From NCBI GenBank assembly GCA_027923505.1, contig BROI01000002.1, positions 124,001 through 188,000 of the forward strand: 64,000 bases of DNA, given 5' to 3'. The notes below the pieces were generated by a model. The model was not told the origin of the DNA, did no database searches, and was given only the letters and a program-made list of their open reading frames with translations. Both the position numbers and the translations under genes were made by a program. The stretch comes from Mayamaea pseudoterrestris (lineage: Eukaryota). This document shows positions 1 through 15,171 of the stretch, one piece after another; the first letter of the stretch is position 1; each line of letters opens with the position of its first letter.

Positions 1-1115
1 TCCACAGCTCGCTCAAGAGTTCGCCCGCCTTGAGCCAGGCATTCGCATAGGTTGGCAACAGTTCCGTCGCACGCAACGCATCCTGCGCGGCCGCCAGTAG
101 CGCGTACTGATACAATCCATGTCGGTATTGCGTCCTTCGATACTGACTTTCCTGCTGCACATTATTTTCCAGTATTCGTCGAAACAATGAACTTGCAATC
201 GCTGGTTGCGCCTTCGCCTCCTGAAAGCCGGCTTCATACGTGGACGAATCTGGCACCATTTTTACCAGTTCCTTCAACGTTTCCTTTAACTTTTCCTTGT
301 GTCCCGCCGCCCGCTGCGAAAAGGCCAAGGCTCTCATGAGACAAACTGGCCCTTCCTGCGATGCCACCCCGCAGGCAAACGCCTTGTCGTACGCTTGAAT
401 CGCCAAACCAATCTTGCCTTCCTGCAAGTAGCCATTGCCGCGATACTTCCACTTGAGGCACTCGCAGACCGTGGCGTTGACGCCCTGGTTGTGGAAGCAG
501 CAAGTTGGGGTGTGTGAGTGTGTGCGCATACATCTCGTCGCCGCCATACATCACTCGTTGTTCACAAACTGTATTTCGTACCTTGACTTTCATATGTTTC
601 GTCAGAATCCGATACACCTTGTCGACCGAGTCCACGTAGCCAACGTCAAACGCTTGCTGCTGATTGACGCATCGAACCGTTGGACCACGACTCTTGGCCG
701 ACTTGGGGAGCAGGGCTGGAAAGACTTGCACCTTGGAAGCTGCTGCGAGACCCAAAAAGGCATCCAGTGCGGCGGATCCTCCCTTGTCGAGTGACAGTTT
801 GGATTGATCGACGTACACTTGCCAAGTCTGTATGTGTTTATATCAGTAATAGATTATATATTTTTGTGAGATGACGTCGATTCGATATGACAGAGACGCT
901 CAATTGTAGATATTAAATTTGCCAAAAACACTACACAATCTCACCCCAGCTGCTGCATCTCCACTTTTTGCGTTCCGCGCCGTCACTTTTGCATTTGGAA
1001 CGTGAGTGACAAAGGATGCGCAGGCATGAACTAGTAGAAAGATAACGCAGAAACAATGACGTTGGCATGAATGTACGTGACTTCGTGTCAAGCATGATGA
1101 TGGATGCATCATCAT
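1..1115 (-). CDS. Putative plastid-targeted TPR-repeat protein with N-terminal thioredoxin-like/ferredoxin-like domain (3' end outside window)
   Basis: Spliced model with exons ~1115-945, 827-582 and 484-<1 and GT-AG introns 944-828 and 581-485. Presequence CVIFLLVHACA-SFVTHVP. Last exon reads GVNATVCECLKWKYRGNGYLQEGKIGLAIQAYDKA...DALRATELLPTYANAWLKAGELLSELW (TPR-like) and stays open to the window edge. Start codon uncertain. Confidence 0.7.
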
Positions 1116-1460
1116 CGCTCGTCGATGGCTCATCAGCTGCTTTCGCAACATATAATAATACAGAAACAATCAAATACAGCTATATGCAGTATGTAATGAT
1201 GAGTTTAGTGTTGTTGCAATGCTGCTGGTGCATGTTTGTTGTTGCGGAAGGTGTGACACATCTTGGATCTTCCACCCTTGCGACCGAAAAGGATCAGTCA
1301 ATCGTACCGGTACTCGCCAAGTACCGGTGAGTCTTTTAAACGATGCGACATCAGACAACTTTGATTGATGATGGCAAGCAACGACCATGAAGATTCAGCC
1401 GCTCGCTCAAACAACTATAGCGATTATAATAGACGACTTGAGACTTTAATTAGTGGTAAC

Positions 1461-2483
1461 ATGCGCCACACGAACGTAAATGCCAATGCAGTAGCTTTTA
1501 TGTGTTTATTTATTGGTCAATGCTTCTCCTTTTCATGTCACCACACCATATTTCCATCATTTCGCTCACGAGCATTATCAACGAGATGGAGGAAAGAATC
1601 CAAGCTGAATGCACTCCAAAATGATGTAATAGTCGAACCTCACGCTTCCCGACGACACGTCCTGTCACTTGCTGCGACTGCAATCGTCTCTTCGTCCATT
1701 TTACTGCAGTCTTCCCCCTTGATTGCAGCAGCAGCTGCCGAAACAGCGAGCACTAGCTCCTCATCAACGTCACTCAACGCTCTCTTTACGGAAAAGATTT
1801 TTCTTAACATTCAAGGATTACCATCGCAAGACAATGCCATTACAGACAATCGCATCGTCATTGGTCTCTTTGGCAATGACGCGCCTCACTGCGTCAAACA
1901 GCTCCAGCAACTATTCACACCATTAGGCTTGCCACGTCCCTGTCGACCGCGCGCCACTCGAACGCTGCAAAAGGAGCAGCTGGAAGCCAACAAGGTTTAC
2001 AAGAATTGTATGCAAGCGGAATCGCAGGGAGTGGTGTTGCAGTATAGTACCGTGTGGCGGATTGTCGCGAACGAGCAGATTGCCATTGGCGCCGTCACTG
2101 GCAAGTACTTGTCGCGAGAATATCCAGAGTGGAACGATGTCAACTCGCTCAAGCATGACGTTCCAGGTGTCGTCAGTGTGTTGCGTGGTTCCGAGGGTGG
2201 GTTTGGCTTTAGCATCTATCCGGGCGACGGCTGTGGGGGCCATGCAGAGCTGGACTGTGACTACATTGTCGTCGGTCGCGTATTGGAAGGCATGGACGTT
2301 GTCCGACGGCTCAACCAAGTGCCAGTCGTGACGACGGCGCGTAACATCAATTACATGAGCCTTTCGGGCGCCGCCGGGACGGGCAAGGCACCCAATCGGT
2401 CATGTCGGTACGGCGGACCAATGTACTGCAACGAATATAAACCTCTCAGCAAGCTGACAGTCAGCGAGACTGGAATATTATAG
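1461..2483 (+). CDS. Cyclophilin-type peptidyl-prolyl isomerase, probably thylakoid lumen (CYP28-like)
   Basis: RIVIGLFGNDAP, LKHDVPGVVSV and YIVVGRVLEGMDVV cyclophilin motifs. Signal peptide ending CFS-F, then twin-arginine SRRHVL plus a hydrophobic stretch. ORF is open from 1365. Confidence 0.8.
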   Translation: MRHTNVNANAVAFMCLFIGQCFSFSCHHTIFPSFRSRALSTRWRKESKLNALQNDVIVEPHASRRHVLSLAATAIVSSSILLQSSPLIAAAAAETASTSSSSTSLNALFTEKIFLNIQGLPSQDNAITDNRIVIGLFGNDAPHCVKQLQQLFTPLGLPRPCRPRATRTLQKEQLEANKVYKNCMQAESQGVVLQYSTVWRIVANEQIAIGAVTGKYLSREYPEWNDVNSLKHDVPGVVSVLRGSEGGFGFSIYPGDGCGGHAELDCDYIVVGRVLEGMDVVRRLNQVPVVTTARNINYMSLSGAAGTGKAPNRSCRYGGPMYCNEYKPLSKLTVSETGIL

Positions 2484-3417
2484 ACAACACATTGATATGT
2501 GCGAGGAGGCGCTATGAAATGTTGGATTGCAATGTAGGATTACAAGCACATGAACGTGACTACTTCACTTAACTAGTTTTTGGCTTTTTTCCGGCCTCAC
2601 ATTTCTGCTGCGTCTTGCCAGTTGCATGGCGCCAACAGCGCTGAATCGTCAACAAATGATCGACAATTCCATCCCATGGAATCCTCTTGCGTTTGAATAA
2701 TGCATGAATAGTGTAAGATGAGCTTGGGGCAGTAAGGGAGAGCGAGCAGAGCCAATCTTCTTGCTAAACATGGTTTAATCAGGAAGCTTCGTCATTATGC
2801 CATCGCCACTGTGGAATTCTCTTAAAGTCAAAACGGCACCACATTTTACGTTATCTTGTTGGAAGTCTTGATACCTAAGTGAGACTCCGGGAAAGTCATT
2901 GCTTCCATACTTTATTTCATCGTGCCATGAGTGGCTGATGACGTCGGAAGTGCATGCGACAGAAAAACGTTGGTATCAAGGCCAAGTGCTCTAAACTTCA
3001 TGTCCTGACTGCCAGAGGCGGCCACAAGCCAGCTTCGCGAGACCTTTCTTTGAGTTGGACTCATCTGTTAGTGCGTGAATGCCACCATCGCCATGTCGCA
3101 TCGTCAAAAAGTTCGGGTCGCACATCTGTGTGGCCGTGCAATATTCATTCATAGCGAGTCCCACTTGCATGCTTTTTGGCGATTAGGTTTACGAAAGCAG
3201 TGATATTCCGTGTGCCTGTTTAACGCAGATGTTAGATTTTGTTGCGTTTGCTTTATCGATGACTTTTGTATGCAGTATGGCTGAATCGCCAGATGTTACA
3301 TTGCGTGCAGCCTTGCATCATGATTGGATGAATCTTTTGACTGCACATTCGCACATTACACACCCATATAATTTAAAAGGCAAAGCTCGTCATCCAATTT
3401 AGTCTGCTGTCAGCACA

Positions 3418-3951
3418 ATGATCTTCATGCTTGGCTTCTTCCTCTCAGTGGCTTGCCTGAACAGCGTCTATGCCGACGGAATTACCGGTGTTGTCGAGCC
3501 AAGAATTGACTGCCAAACTCAAGTCATCAAGGGAAAATCACAACGCATCTGCGCCACATACACGGAGACTTACCCCACTTCCGTTCCAGTATCCGACGGA
3601 TCAGTGATTGTTGATGGGCCCCGCATCTTTGATTACCAGTTTTGGAAAGGACTCGCACCCAAAACGGATACTAGAACGCTCTCGGACGCACAGCTCAACA
3701 AGCATCTGCTTGGCTACACTGTCAAGGTGCAGTGGGAGGATGGCGCTTGCCAGGTCGACCTGGATGGGACAGAGTGCAACTCCTGCAAACTTTGTAGCGA
3801 ATCCATGGATGATCCTGCGAAAACGACACTCAAAGCCGACTGCAGCAACATTGAGAATGGCCGTCGCGTCAGCCAGTGCGAGCCGGCCTACATATTCTTT
3901 CCATTGAAGGCATCTAAGCGATTCAACGGAGGAATCGGCAAGAAAGTTTAA
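3418..3951 (+). CDS. Secreted Cys-rich protein of unknown function
   Basis: Signal peptide MIFMLGFFLSVACLNSVYA; CQV...CNSCKLC...ADCSN...CEP pattern; single clean ORF. Confidence 0.7.
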   Translation: MIFMLGFFLSVACLNSVYADGITGVVEPRIDCQTQVIKGKSQRICATYTETYPTSVPVSDGSVIVDGPRIFDYQFWKGLAPKTDTRTLSDAQLNKHLLGYTVKVQWEDGACQVDLDGTECNSCKLCSESMDDPAKTTLKADCSNIENGRRVSQCEPAYIFFPLKASKRFNGGIGKKV

Positions 3952-4074
3952 CTTCGCGAATAGGATATTATGCAATTAAGAATCAGTGGAACATGTAGCT
4001 GTATCGCCGAATCAGCGCATGAACATGTTAAAAGCGTATTATAGTATCAATTGCTATGTGAAGTGATCACGATT

Positions 4075-5811
4075 CTACGACTTGTCTGTGGTGCCTCGGC
4101 CAACACCAGCAGCCATATTTTCGAGTAGTGAAGATTCTTCCGATATGAAGGTTTCGATTTCCATTGCTTCGTCCTGCATCAAATGTGACTCAATTTCCTC
4201 AAGGGACAATCCCCGAGTCTCGGAGACGCTCGTTTGGACGAAGCCGAATGCCACCAGAACGGCCGACGCAAAGATAAGGAAGGTCGGTCCCCAACCGAAC
4301 AAGTTCTGAACAACTGGGAATACACACTGCACTAAGCAGTTGAGCAAATAGTTGAACTCGACGCAAAGTGCCATGGCGGGTCCGCGCACATCCTGCGGAA
4401 ACACTTCCGACACCACCAGCCACGTAATGGGACCAAAGCCAAGCTGGTAGCCGCCAATGTATAAAAGCATTGCAAACAATGCAACCCACTTTGCGGCTGG
4501 TCCAAGCCTGTCTCCGCCTTGCCAGTCCCAAAACACAAGCGCAAGAGTAAATGCCGATAGAAGCATGGTGGCGCAGCAAACTGACATGAGGCGCTTGCGT
4601 CCCACAGTATCGACCATGAGCACCGTAAATGTGCTGCCGCAAAGCATCACAATGGCGGTCGCTAGCACGGCATGACCATTCCAGCCAGCAGCTTGAAACA
4701 GAACAGATGCATAGGTGAGGATCGAGGGCTGGCCGGAAAGTTGCTGAAAGAAAACTAGTTTCAACGCAGTCTGCAAGGCTGGTCGCACGTGCGGAGCGCA
4801 AAGTCTTGTCCTGATGAATGATATACAACCAATGTCAACGTCAAGTGTGCCAGAGTCTTTTCGAATGATAGCCCTGTTTCGGTCAATGTCAGAAGCTAGC
4901 TTGTCAAACTCGTCGTCGACATTGCCGTGATAAATGAACTCCATTGATTCCTTCGCCTCGCGTCGACTGCCATTCAGCAAAAGCCATCTCTTGGACCTTG
5001 GAATCATGAAAGTCAACAGCAGCATTGGTGTCGACAGAGCGCAGCTGACAAGAAACAGCCACGTCCAGTCTTGCGCCCACGACGTCTTTACGTTATCCAA
5101 AAAGTCACCCACTCCAAATCCAACGAGAATGCCAAGCACAATGATAGACTCCTTGGCCGAAACAATGGCTCCGCGAATGCGCGTTGGCGCCATTTCCGCC
5201 ATGTACGTGGGCGCACCGTGCATGACCAGGCCGACGCCAATGCCAAACAAGAGTCGGCCGCACACCAAAATAAACCAACCAACTGTAAACGACGTGTGCT
5301 GAAACAAGCGCCCACTTGAAATGGATAGCAGATTTCCAACAATATATAGCGTTGCCGCAATGCGAAGCTCCATGCGCCGCGACAGCTTGGATGACGACAA
5401 ACAAACCAAGACCAAGTGACTTCCCAGCAAGGCTCCCGCCGAAACGGCGCCGACCAAAAGTCCTTGGTGGATTCGATGGTGCGATTGGCTCAGCTCATCC
5501 CACCAGTAGGAGTCATGACTGTCGTTGTCCTTATGTAATTCGTACATGGCACCAAGATATGTATCGTCAGTTGCGTATTCAACGTCTTCCCGGCGACGAT
5601 AAAAGTCATCGTCATCATGAGTGCTCGTCGCCGTCGAAGTGTTTAAAAGCCGCTTGAGAACAAAGGAAATGGCCCCAATGTCATAACCATACAAAAATCC
5701 ACCCAAAGCTGGAGTCAAAACGACGAGACTGACGCCTTTCCAGTTGATGCGAAGGGGATCCGAGGAGGAGGATGCAACGGATGACGATACTGGAGACGCG
5801 GCGGCAGTCAT
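4075..5811 (-). CDS. MFS sugar porter (xylose-proton symporter/VGT-like)
   Basis: GGFLYGYDIG, GRLLFGIGVG, YMAEMAPTRIRG, QQLSGQPSIL, DTVGRKRL, GFGPITWLVVSEVFP and ETRGLSLEEIE sugar-porter motifs. Confidence 0.93.
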   Translation of the reverse strand: MTAAASPVSSSVASSSSDPLRINWKGVSLVVLTPALGGFLYGYDIGAISFVLKRLLNTSTATSTHDDDDFYRRREDVEYATDDTYLGAMYELHKDNDSHDSYWWDELSQSHHRIHQGLLVGAVSAGALLGSHLVLVCLSSSKLSRRMELRIAATLYIVGNLLSISSGRLFQHTSFTVGWFILVCGRLLFGIGVGLVMHGAPTYMAEMAPTRIRGAIVSAKESIIVLGILVGFGVGDFLDNVKTSWAQDWTWLFLVSCALSTPMLLLTFMIPRSKRWLLLNGSRREAKESMEFIYHGNVDDEFDKLASDIDRNRAIIRKDSGTLDVDIGCISFIRTRLCAPHVRPALQTALKLVFFQQLSGQPSILTYASVLFQAAGWNGHAVLATAIVMLCGSTFTVLMVDTVGRKRLMSVCCATMLLSAFTLALVFWDWQGGDRLGPAAKWVALFAMLLYIGGYQLGFGPITWLVVSEVFPQDVRGPAMALCVEFNYLLNCLVQCVFPVVQNLFGWGPTFLIFASAVLVAFGFVQTSVSETRGLSLEEIESHLMQDEAMEIETFISEESSLLENMAAGVGRGTTDKS

Positions 5812-6094
5812 GTCGTTGATCTGCTTTGTTACTGTTATACTTGCTAATTCTATAGACTTGTAACTGCGTCTTGATTATGCGCCTTGGAGGCAAATGGCGT
5901 TGCATTTTCCTTCGAATGGACCTCTTGGAAAAAGTGATCGCGGTCGAAGGTGCGTGACGGCGTGATTGAAAATCACTAGTTTTCATGAATGCAAGACGTT
6001 TCAAGGCTATAGTCCATGACTTATCAAACCTAAACCTTAACATTTTTGCATGCGTTGCGCGGGCGCGCCTTGGCCACCACGGAACAATTTCACC

Positions 6095-6628
6095 ATGGCC
6101 CGCTTCAAGACATCGGCGCGACCAATCCGACTGCAAGGCAACAAGCGCGTTGTAGCGGAGGGTCAAGCTCCGCGTCGCAAGCGTCGCATGCGACCGGGTG
6201 AGTTCATAAAGTGCTGGATGGGGTTTATTTTGGGTTTCAGTGTAGACGTCATGACACATGACAGCCGTATCGTCATGCCTTCCTTTTTCATTTAGGGCAA
6301 TCTTCTCTCGCTTGCTGACACCAACTCCTTTCACGTCTACATAGGTGAAAAGGCGTTGAAGGAAATTCGTTCATATCAAACGTCGACGGATCTGCTGATT
6401 CGCAAGCTTCCATTTGCTCGACTCGTGCGAGAGATTCAGCAAAACATGATGAGGCAAGCCTATCGGTGGCAGGCCACCGCCATTTTGGCTCTACAAGAAG
6501 CGACTGAGGCTCATTTGGTTGGATTGTTTGAGGATGCCAATTGCTGCGCCATTCATGCCAAGCGCGTCACAATCATGCCCAAGGACATGCAGTTGGCTCG
6601 TCGCATTCGAGGGCCGACGAGAGAATAG
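6095..6628 (+). CDS. CENH3: Centromeric histone H3 variant (CenH3/CENP-A-like), 128 aa
   Basis: Exons 6095-6197 and 6345-6628 (GT-AG intron 6198-6344). H3 fold with divergent N-tail, PFQ->PFA, loop 1 one residue longer, RF->RW and EDT->EDA. Confidence 0.88.
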
Positions 6629-7445
6629 AAAGAGTCACTATTATTTTTGATCCACGCCTCATCTGCATATACGAGTCTGGGTTTTAAACATGCATGTCTT
6701 CTCAGGCATCGGAGAAGTAGAGGCACCGGCCTTCTACTCGAATATCCTTCTCGCAAAAGTAGATTAACAGCAGACTGCATACTTTACAATATTAGTTCAG
6801 TCAGAACGTATGGTACTGAGCATCCGATTGCGTTTGCTAGTTCGCTTGGAAGCGATGTACATACTGTATCGTCGTTGAAGTGCCTTAAAAGGCAATGACT
6901 TCGAAAAACAGGAACAATTTTCACTCTCTGGTGCTTTACTGCTGCGCTACCTCTGTTCTAATTGCTGGCGAGTTTTTTTGCAAATTAAGCGATGATTAAA
7001 TTTTCCCAGGCACAAGTGGGTGAACCCGATGAATCCAATGCCAAATAATAATGCCTCTCGCAATATTCGATGTCGTAGTGCGTCACGGAGCGACGCATAT
7101 TCGCATAATAAATATGAAAGTTTTCAAGATGCTGCAGCTGAAGTTAGGGGAGGGTCGACCTGGCGACAATGCCCTCGACCATGGCGTGCCACAAGTAGGT
7201 GTGAGAACGATTCTTCCCGCCACGCCGCAGCAATGCGGATGGTGTAGAAGTTCTTTTTCAAAACGAGCCATGAAGAGTGGCATTGCATGCGACTGCGTGA
7301 CGGGCCAGCCCCAACAACTTGTTACAATGGCTTTATCTCTGAGCTTCCCAACACCCACACCTCTCTATCTTCATACATGGTGACACCGCCCGCATAAAAT
7401 GTTTTTGGATTGCAGCTAACGGTAGTCCTTTAGTTGTTATGATAC

Positions 7446-8981
7446 TCATCCTTCTGTCGCCGGTGGCTCGTTCGCTGTCAACATATTGGCCGCCACGACC
7501 AGAGACTGAAAGACAACATGCTTCTTGTCTAAAGTCTTGACCAGGGCAGTTCCATATACTGCTGCTCGAGTCTTTGCCAAGGGCTCCTGCAGCAACGTCT
7601 GGAAGCGTTCCGAAAACTCGTGACACTCGCGATTTTTCTTGCACTTCTTCTCAATGGCTTCCCGCAAAGCGGCCGTCCATTTATATGGAGGGACAAACTT
7701 GACCCGTTCAATGCTGGAGCTTTCAAAAGTGGCAGATAGTATGGCTGGAGCATCGGGATCCAAATTGTTGCCGTACATGTTGATGGAAAGCGCGCGGAGA
7801 TGCTTGCATTGGCGCATGACATTATGGACGGCGTCACTTAGCGCGCTAGTCCATCCTTTCACCCAGGGCAAGCCCAAGACTTCCAGTCCTTGCGCTCGCG
7901 CAGCCCCGCCAAGAAAGGCTAGCAAGTCATAGTGCGAATAATCCTCTTCGCCTTCATAGAAAGTTGCCAGGACGAGTTCCTTGATGGTTGCCGACTTTGG
8001 CACGTGCTTGGCAAAGGAGTCCAGATATACCGGGAAGTTCTCATCGCTAGAATAAAAATTCAAATGGACTTTGGAAAGAGTTGTAGTCCTTGTCAGCATG
8101 CTTTCCACGAACACATCTGCAAGCTGCTCGCGTAGATAGCAGCTGCTCATCGACAGCGACTGCAGTTTGCTTTGCTGCAGCAGCTTGCAAAAAAGATGCG
8201 CCGGTCCCTTTGCTTCCAGTGAGAGACCACTCAAAATCAAATGCTCGAGTGCCGGCATGCCAAAAATTCGCTCCAAGACGGAAGCGGAGATTTTCGCATG
8301 TCGAGTAACCATTGCGTCATCGTCGCCTTCAATGTCATCATTCCCGTGACTCTCCACCAGTGCGTCACAGCTGAGCATTAACGTAAGTATGGTAGCAGGC
8401 CACGCCGTCGACTGAAAAAATGTTTGCAAATGCACGTCTTGGAAGCCCATGAGCTCGACCTGCGTCAGTTGACGGTGATTGGTCAAGTCCAATGGCGCCG
8501 CGTCCACGGGCAGCATGTTCGCATTTCGACGTCCATGAATGTTTTTAATTCCGCATTCAAATTTAAGCGTCTTGATTTGCAGCACCTGGGACAAGATATC
8601 CTTTAGTATTTGCAAATTGCTTGGGCAAACGTGCCAAACTTCAAGGGTTTCCAGGCTTGTCAAGTTTGTGCCAATCACTTGGCCAAGTCGATGAAGCAAG
8701 GTGGAGTCACTCTGCTGCATGCTTGCATCAGTGGCAATACCCGAGCAAATGCAGCAATTCAGCAGTAAGTGTTTAATCGCAATTCCTTCCTTTTCCAGTA
8801 GCGTCAAGTATTCTTGCTGCATTGCTGGATTCGATTCCAGAAACCAACGCAAGTCGAGCGCAGCCCGCGAGTCTTGGCCCAAGTTGAACATTTGCATGCG
8901 CAGCATGGTATTAGAAAGCTGCTGGACATTGTCTTGGAGCTTGTATTCGTTGTGCTGATGGGCACTGCAGCAGGTCCCCAT
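7446..8981 (-). CDS. RNI-like leucine-rich-repeat protein
   Basis: Repeated LxxLxL units (LETLEV, LEHLILS, LQSLSMS, LEVLGL, LRALSIN); N-terminus MGTCCS. Confidence 0.75.
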   Translation of the reverse strand: MGTCCSAHQHNEYKLQDNVQQLSNTMLRMQMFNLGQDSRAALDLRWFLESNPAMQQEYLTLLEKEGIAIKHLLLNCCICSGIATDASMQQSDSTLLHRLGQVIGTNLTSLETLEVWHVCPSNLQILKDILSQVLQIKTLKFECGIKNIHGRRNANMLPVDAAPLDLTNHRQLTQVELMGFQDVHLQTFFQSTAWPATILTLMLSCDALVESHGNDDIEGDDDAMVTRHAKISASVLERIFGMPALEHLILSGLSLEAKGPAHLFCKLLQQSKLQSLSMSSCYLREQLADVFVESMLTRTTTLSKVHLNFYSSDENFPVYLDSFAKHVPKSATIKELVLATFYEGEEDYSHYDLLAFLGGAARAQGLEVLGLPWVKGWTSALSDAVHNVMRQCKHLRALSINMYGNNLDPDAPAILSATFESSSIERVKFVPPYKWTAALREAIEKKCKKNRECHEFSERFQTLLQEPLAKTRAAVYGTALVKTLDKKHVVFQSLVVAANMLTANEPPATEG

Positions 8982-9378
8982 GTTATTGCTTTTGTTTTGC
9001 TAGTGAATGGTGGTAATGTAGATGTGATGTATGACATATGCGATGGCTCTGTGGAATGTGTTGCTTGTACGATGACTGACAAGTAGGATAGTACAGAGAG
9101 TAATTTGTTTTGAACCGGGAAATAGAACGTCTATTCCGACTTAAAAGCAATGGTCGCTGCAATTGTCTCTCGTTACTCGTCCAATCGCTTCCGTATAGCC
9201 TGTCTAATCGTGATCAGTCATGGTCGAAGGAAGAAACGCACGAAGGAGCATGATGTCCAGTACCGATGCGATTAAAATCACCGGTACGACATTTTGTTTG
9301 TCGTCATTGGCTCGCAACGAGGGAAACTGGGACCATGATCAACACATTCTACCACAAGGTCAACTGCATGCCGGCGCC

Positions 9379-10256
9379 ATGTCTTGCCTCTTTGCATCGC
9401 CTCCCGACGATAACGACGAGATAGACGACAGTGACAATGAATCTCTTCCAGAGCCCTGCATTTGCGTGTCGCCATTGGTTCGGCGAATCCATGTAAAATA
9501 GACGCAGTCAAGCAAGCCTTGCTGAAAATCGTTGGTAGGAGGCGGAAGCAATCAAACGTTATCATTCAGCTCGACGTGCAAGCCTTTTCAGTCGATAGCG
9601 GTGTCGCAAGTCAGCCGTTTGGAGACGCAAGTACCATGCAGGGAGCCAGGAACCGGGCCAAGTCGGCATTTTTCGCCTTTCGAGACGCCAATGATGGAAA
9701 TTATCCACACATTGCCATTGCAATGGAAGGTGGACTCGAGTATATTGATACAGCAGGATATTCTGAAATGAATGGAACTGGAGAGGCTAGTGAAAGCGCT
9801 AGCAACGGCGATGAGAATGACGACGAAACATCAAGTCCAAGCGAGAGCGAAAGTACTCAACGCAGTAACACTACTACAACCGCAAAAGCTCTCTTTTGCA
9901 TGGCTTGGATTGCAGTCTACGGCCGGCGAACTGGAACCATTGTTGAAATGCTTTGCGACAAAACCAAAGTGACTGCTTACTCTGGCGATCGCAAGGCTGG
10001 CTACGGCTTGGCGCGGTCGGCAAGCTTTGCACTGCCACCAGCCATTGCAAAACTTGACGTTGTGCAAAAAATGGAGCTTGGTGACGCGGATAATGTCGTC
10101 TTTGAACGTGCGCATGAGCAGTCCAAGCGCGGACAAGGGACGGTGGGTATGTTGACCGATGGCATCATTCCGAGAGCAGCTTACTACGAGCATGCCATTG
10201 TCTTGGCGTTGACACAGTGGATAAGGCCAGATGTATATCCTACGGGTTTTGTCTAA
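9379..10256 (+). CDS. Non-canonical purine NTP phosphatase (YjjX/PRRC1 family ITPase/XTPase); apparent 1-nt frameshift near 9455
   Basis: VAIGSANPCKIDAV, VDSGVASQPFG, GARNRA, AMEGG, MELGDA and GTVGMLTDG motifs. The domain frame has TGA at 9438 and no upstream ATG; an adjacent frame supplies MSCLFASPP...ESLPEP. Confidence 0.8.
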
Positions 10257-10303
10257 ACCTAAAAACCCCATTTGAGACTGTCGATAGGTACAGACAGAGA
10301 ACA

Positions 10304-10436
10304 AGCCTTTCAAGTGCACTCGTCAGATCGTCAAGCATCAAGTCCGTAGCCTTTGAAAGTGCACTTGTTAATCGTCAAGCATCAAGTCTGTAGCCTTTGC
10401 AAGTGCACTTGTTAGATCGTCAAGCAACAAGTCCAT
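10304..10436. repeat. Tandem repeat, 3 x ~44 bp
   Basis: Units at 10304, 10348 and 10392; consensus AGCCTTTGCAAGTGCACTTGTTAGATCGTCAAGCATCAAGTCCGT. Confidence 0.92.
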
Positions 10437-10713
10437 GCCATCATGCATGCATTTGAGTAGCAAGAGAGTTCGACCATTGCTTGTGCCTCGATTGGAACGT
10501 TTGAAGTCGTCCAATACTTCTTGCTTGCACGATGGGATCGCCTAATAAAAGGTCTTATGCTTAAACTTTAACGCTAGACTTAAATTTTTCTAAGTTTCAC
10601 ACATTGCGGCACTTTAGGCTTAAATATTAGACTTGTTTAGCTGAAGGGTCCCATTGGACCCGGTCATACTTTGCTGGTTTTGGCAGGATAGCTGGTTGGA
10701 TTCGTAACCTTAA

Positions 10714-14929
<4,216 letters not shown>

Positions 14930-15171
14930 TTGCGCGTTCGTCTCGTTGGCATACCTGAGATTGGCGCATTGAGCGTACGTCGACAGCATATAAGGTGTTC
15001 CTGGGCTGCATTTCGAGTCAAAACTTATGTACATTTTCAATCCTTTTGTTTATATGAATTTAAGTATTGCCGTCTATTGCGCCATGCACAATCGCCAGCT
15101 ATTTTTCTGTCACGTTAGTATATTTTCAACCGGAAGCTCCACTTCATTATTATTTGCTAATTCGCTTAGGT

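Noticed and set aside
6950..7400. Short overlapping ORFs downstream of the LRR gene
   Set aside because: No identifiable domain or consistent splice model.
10304..10436. CRISPR-like appearance of the 44-bp repeats
   Set aside because: Units are contiguous with no unique spacers, there are no cas genes, and the context is eukaryotic.
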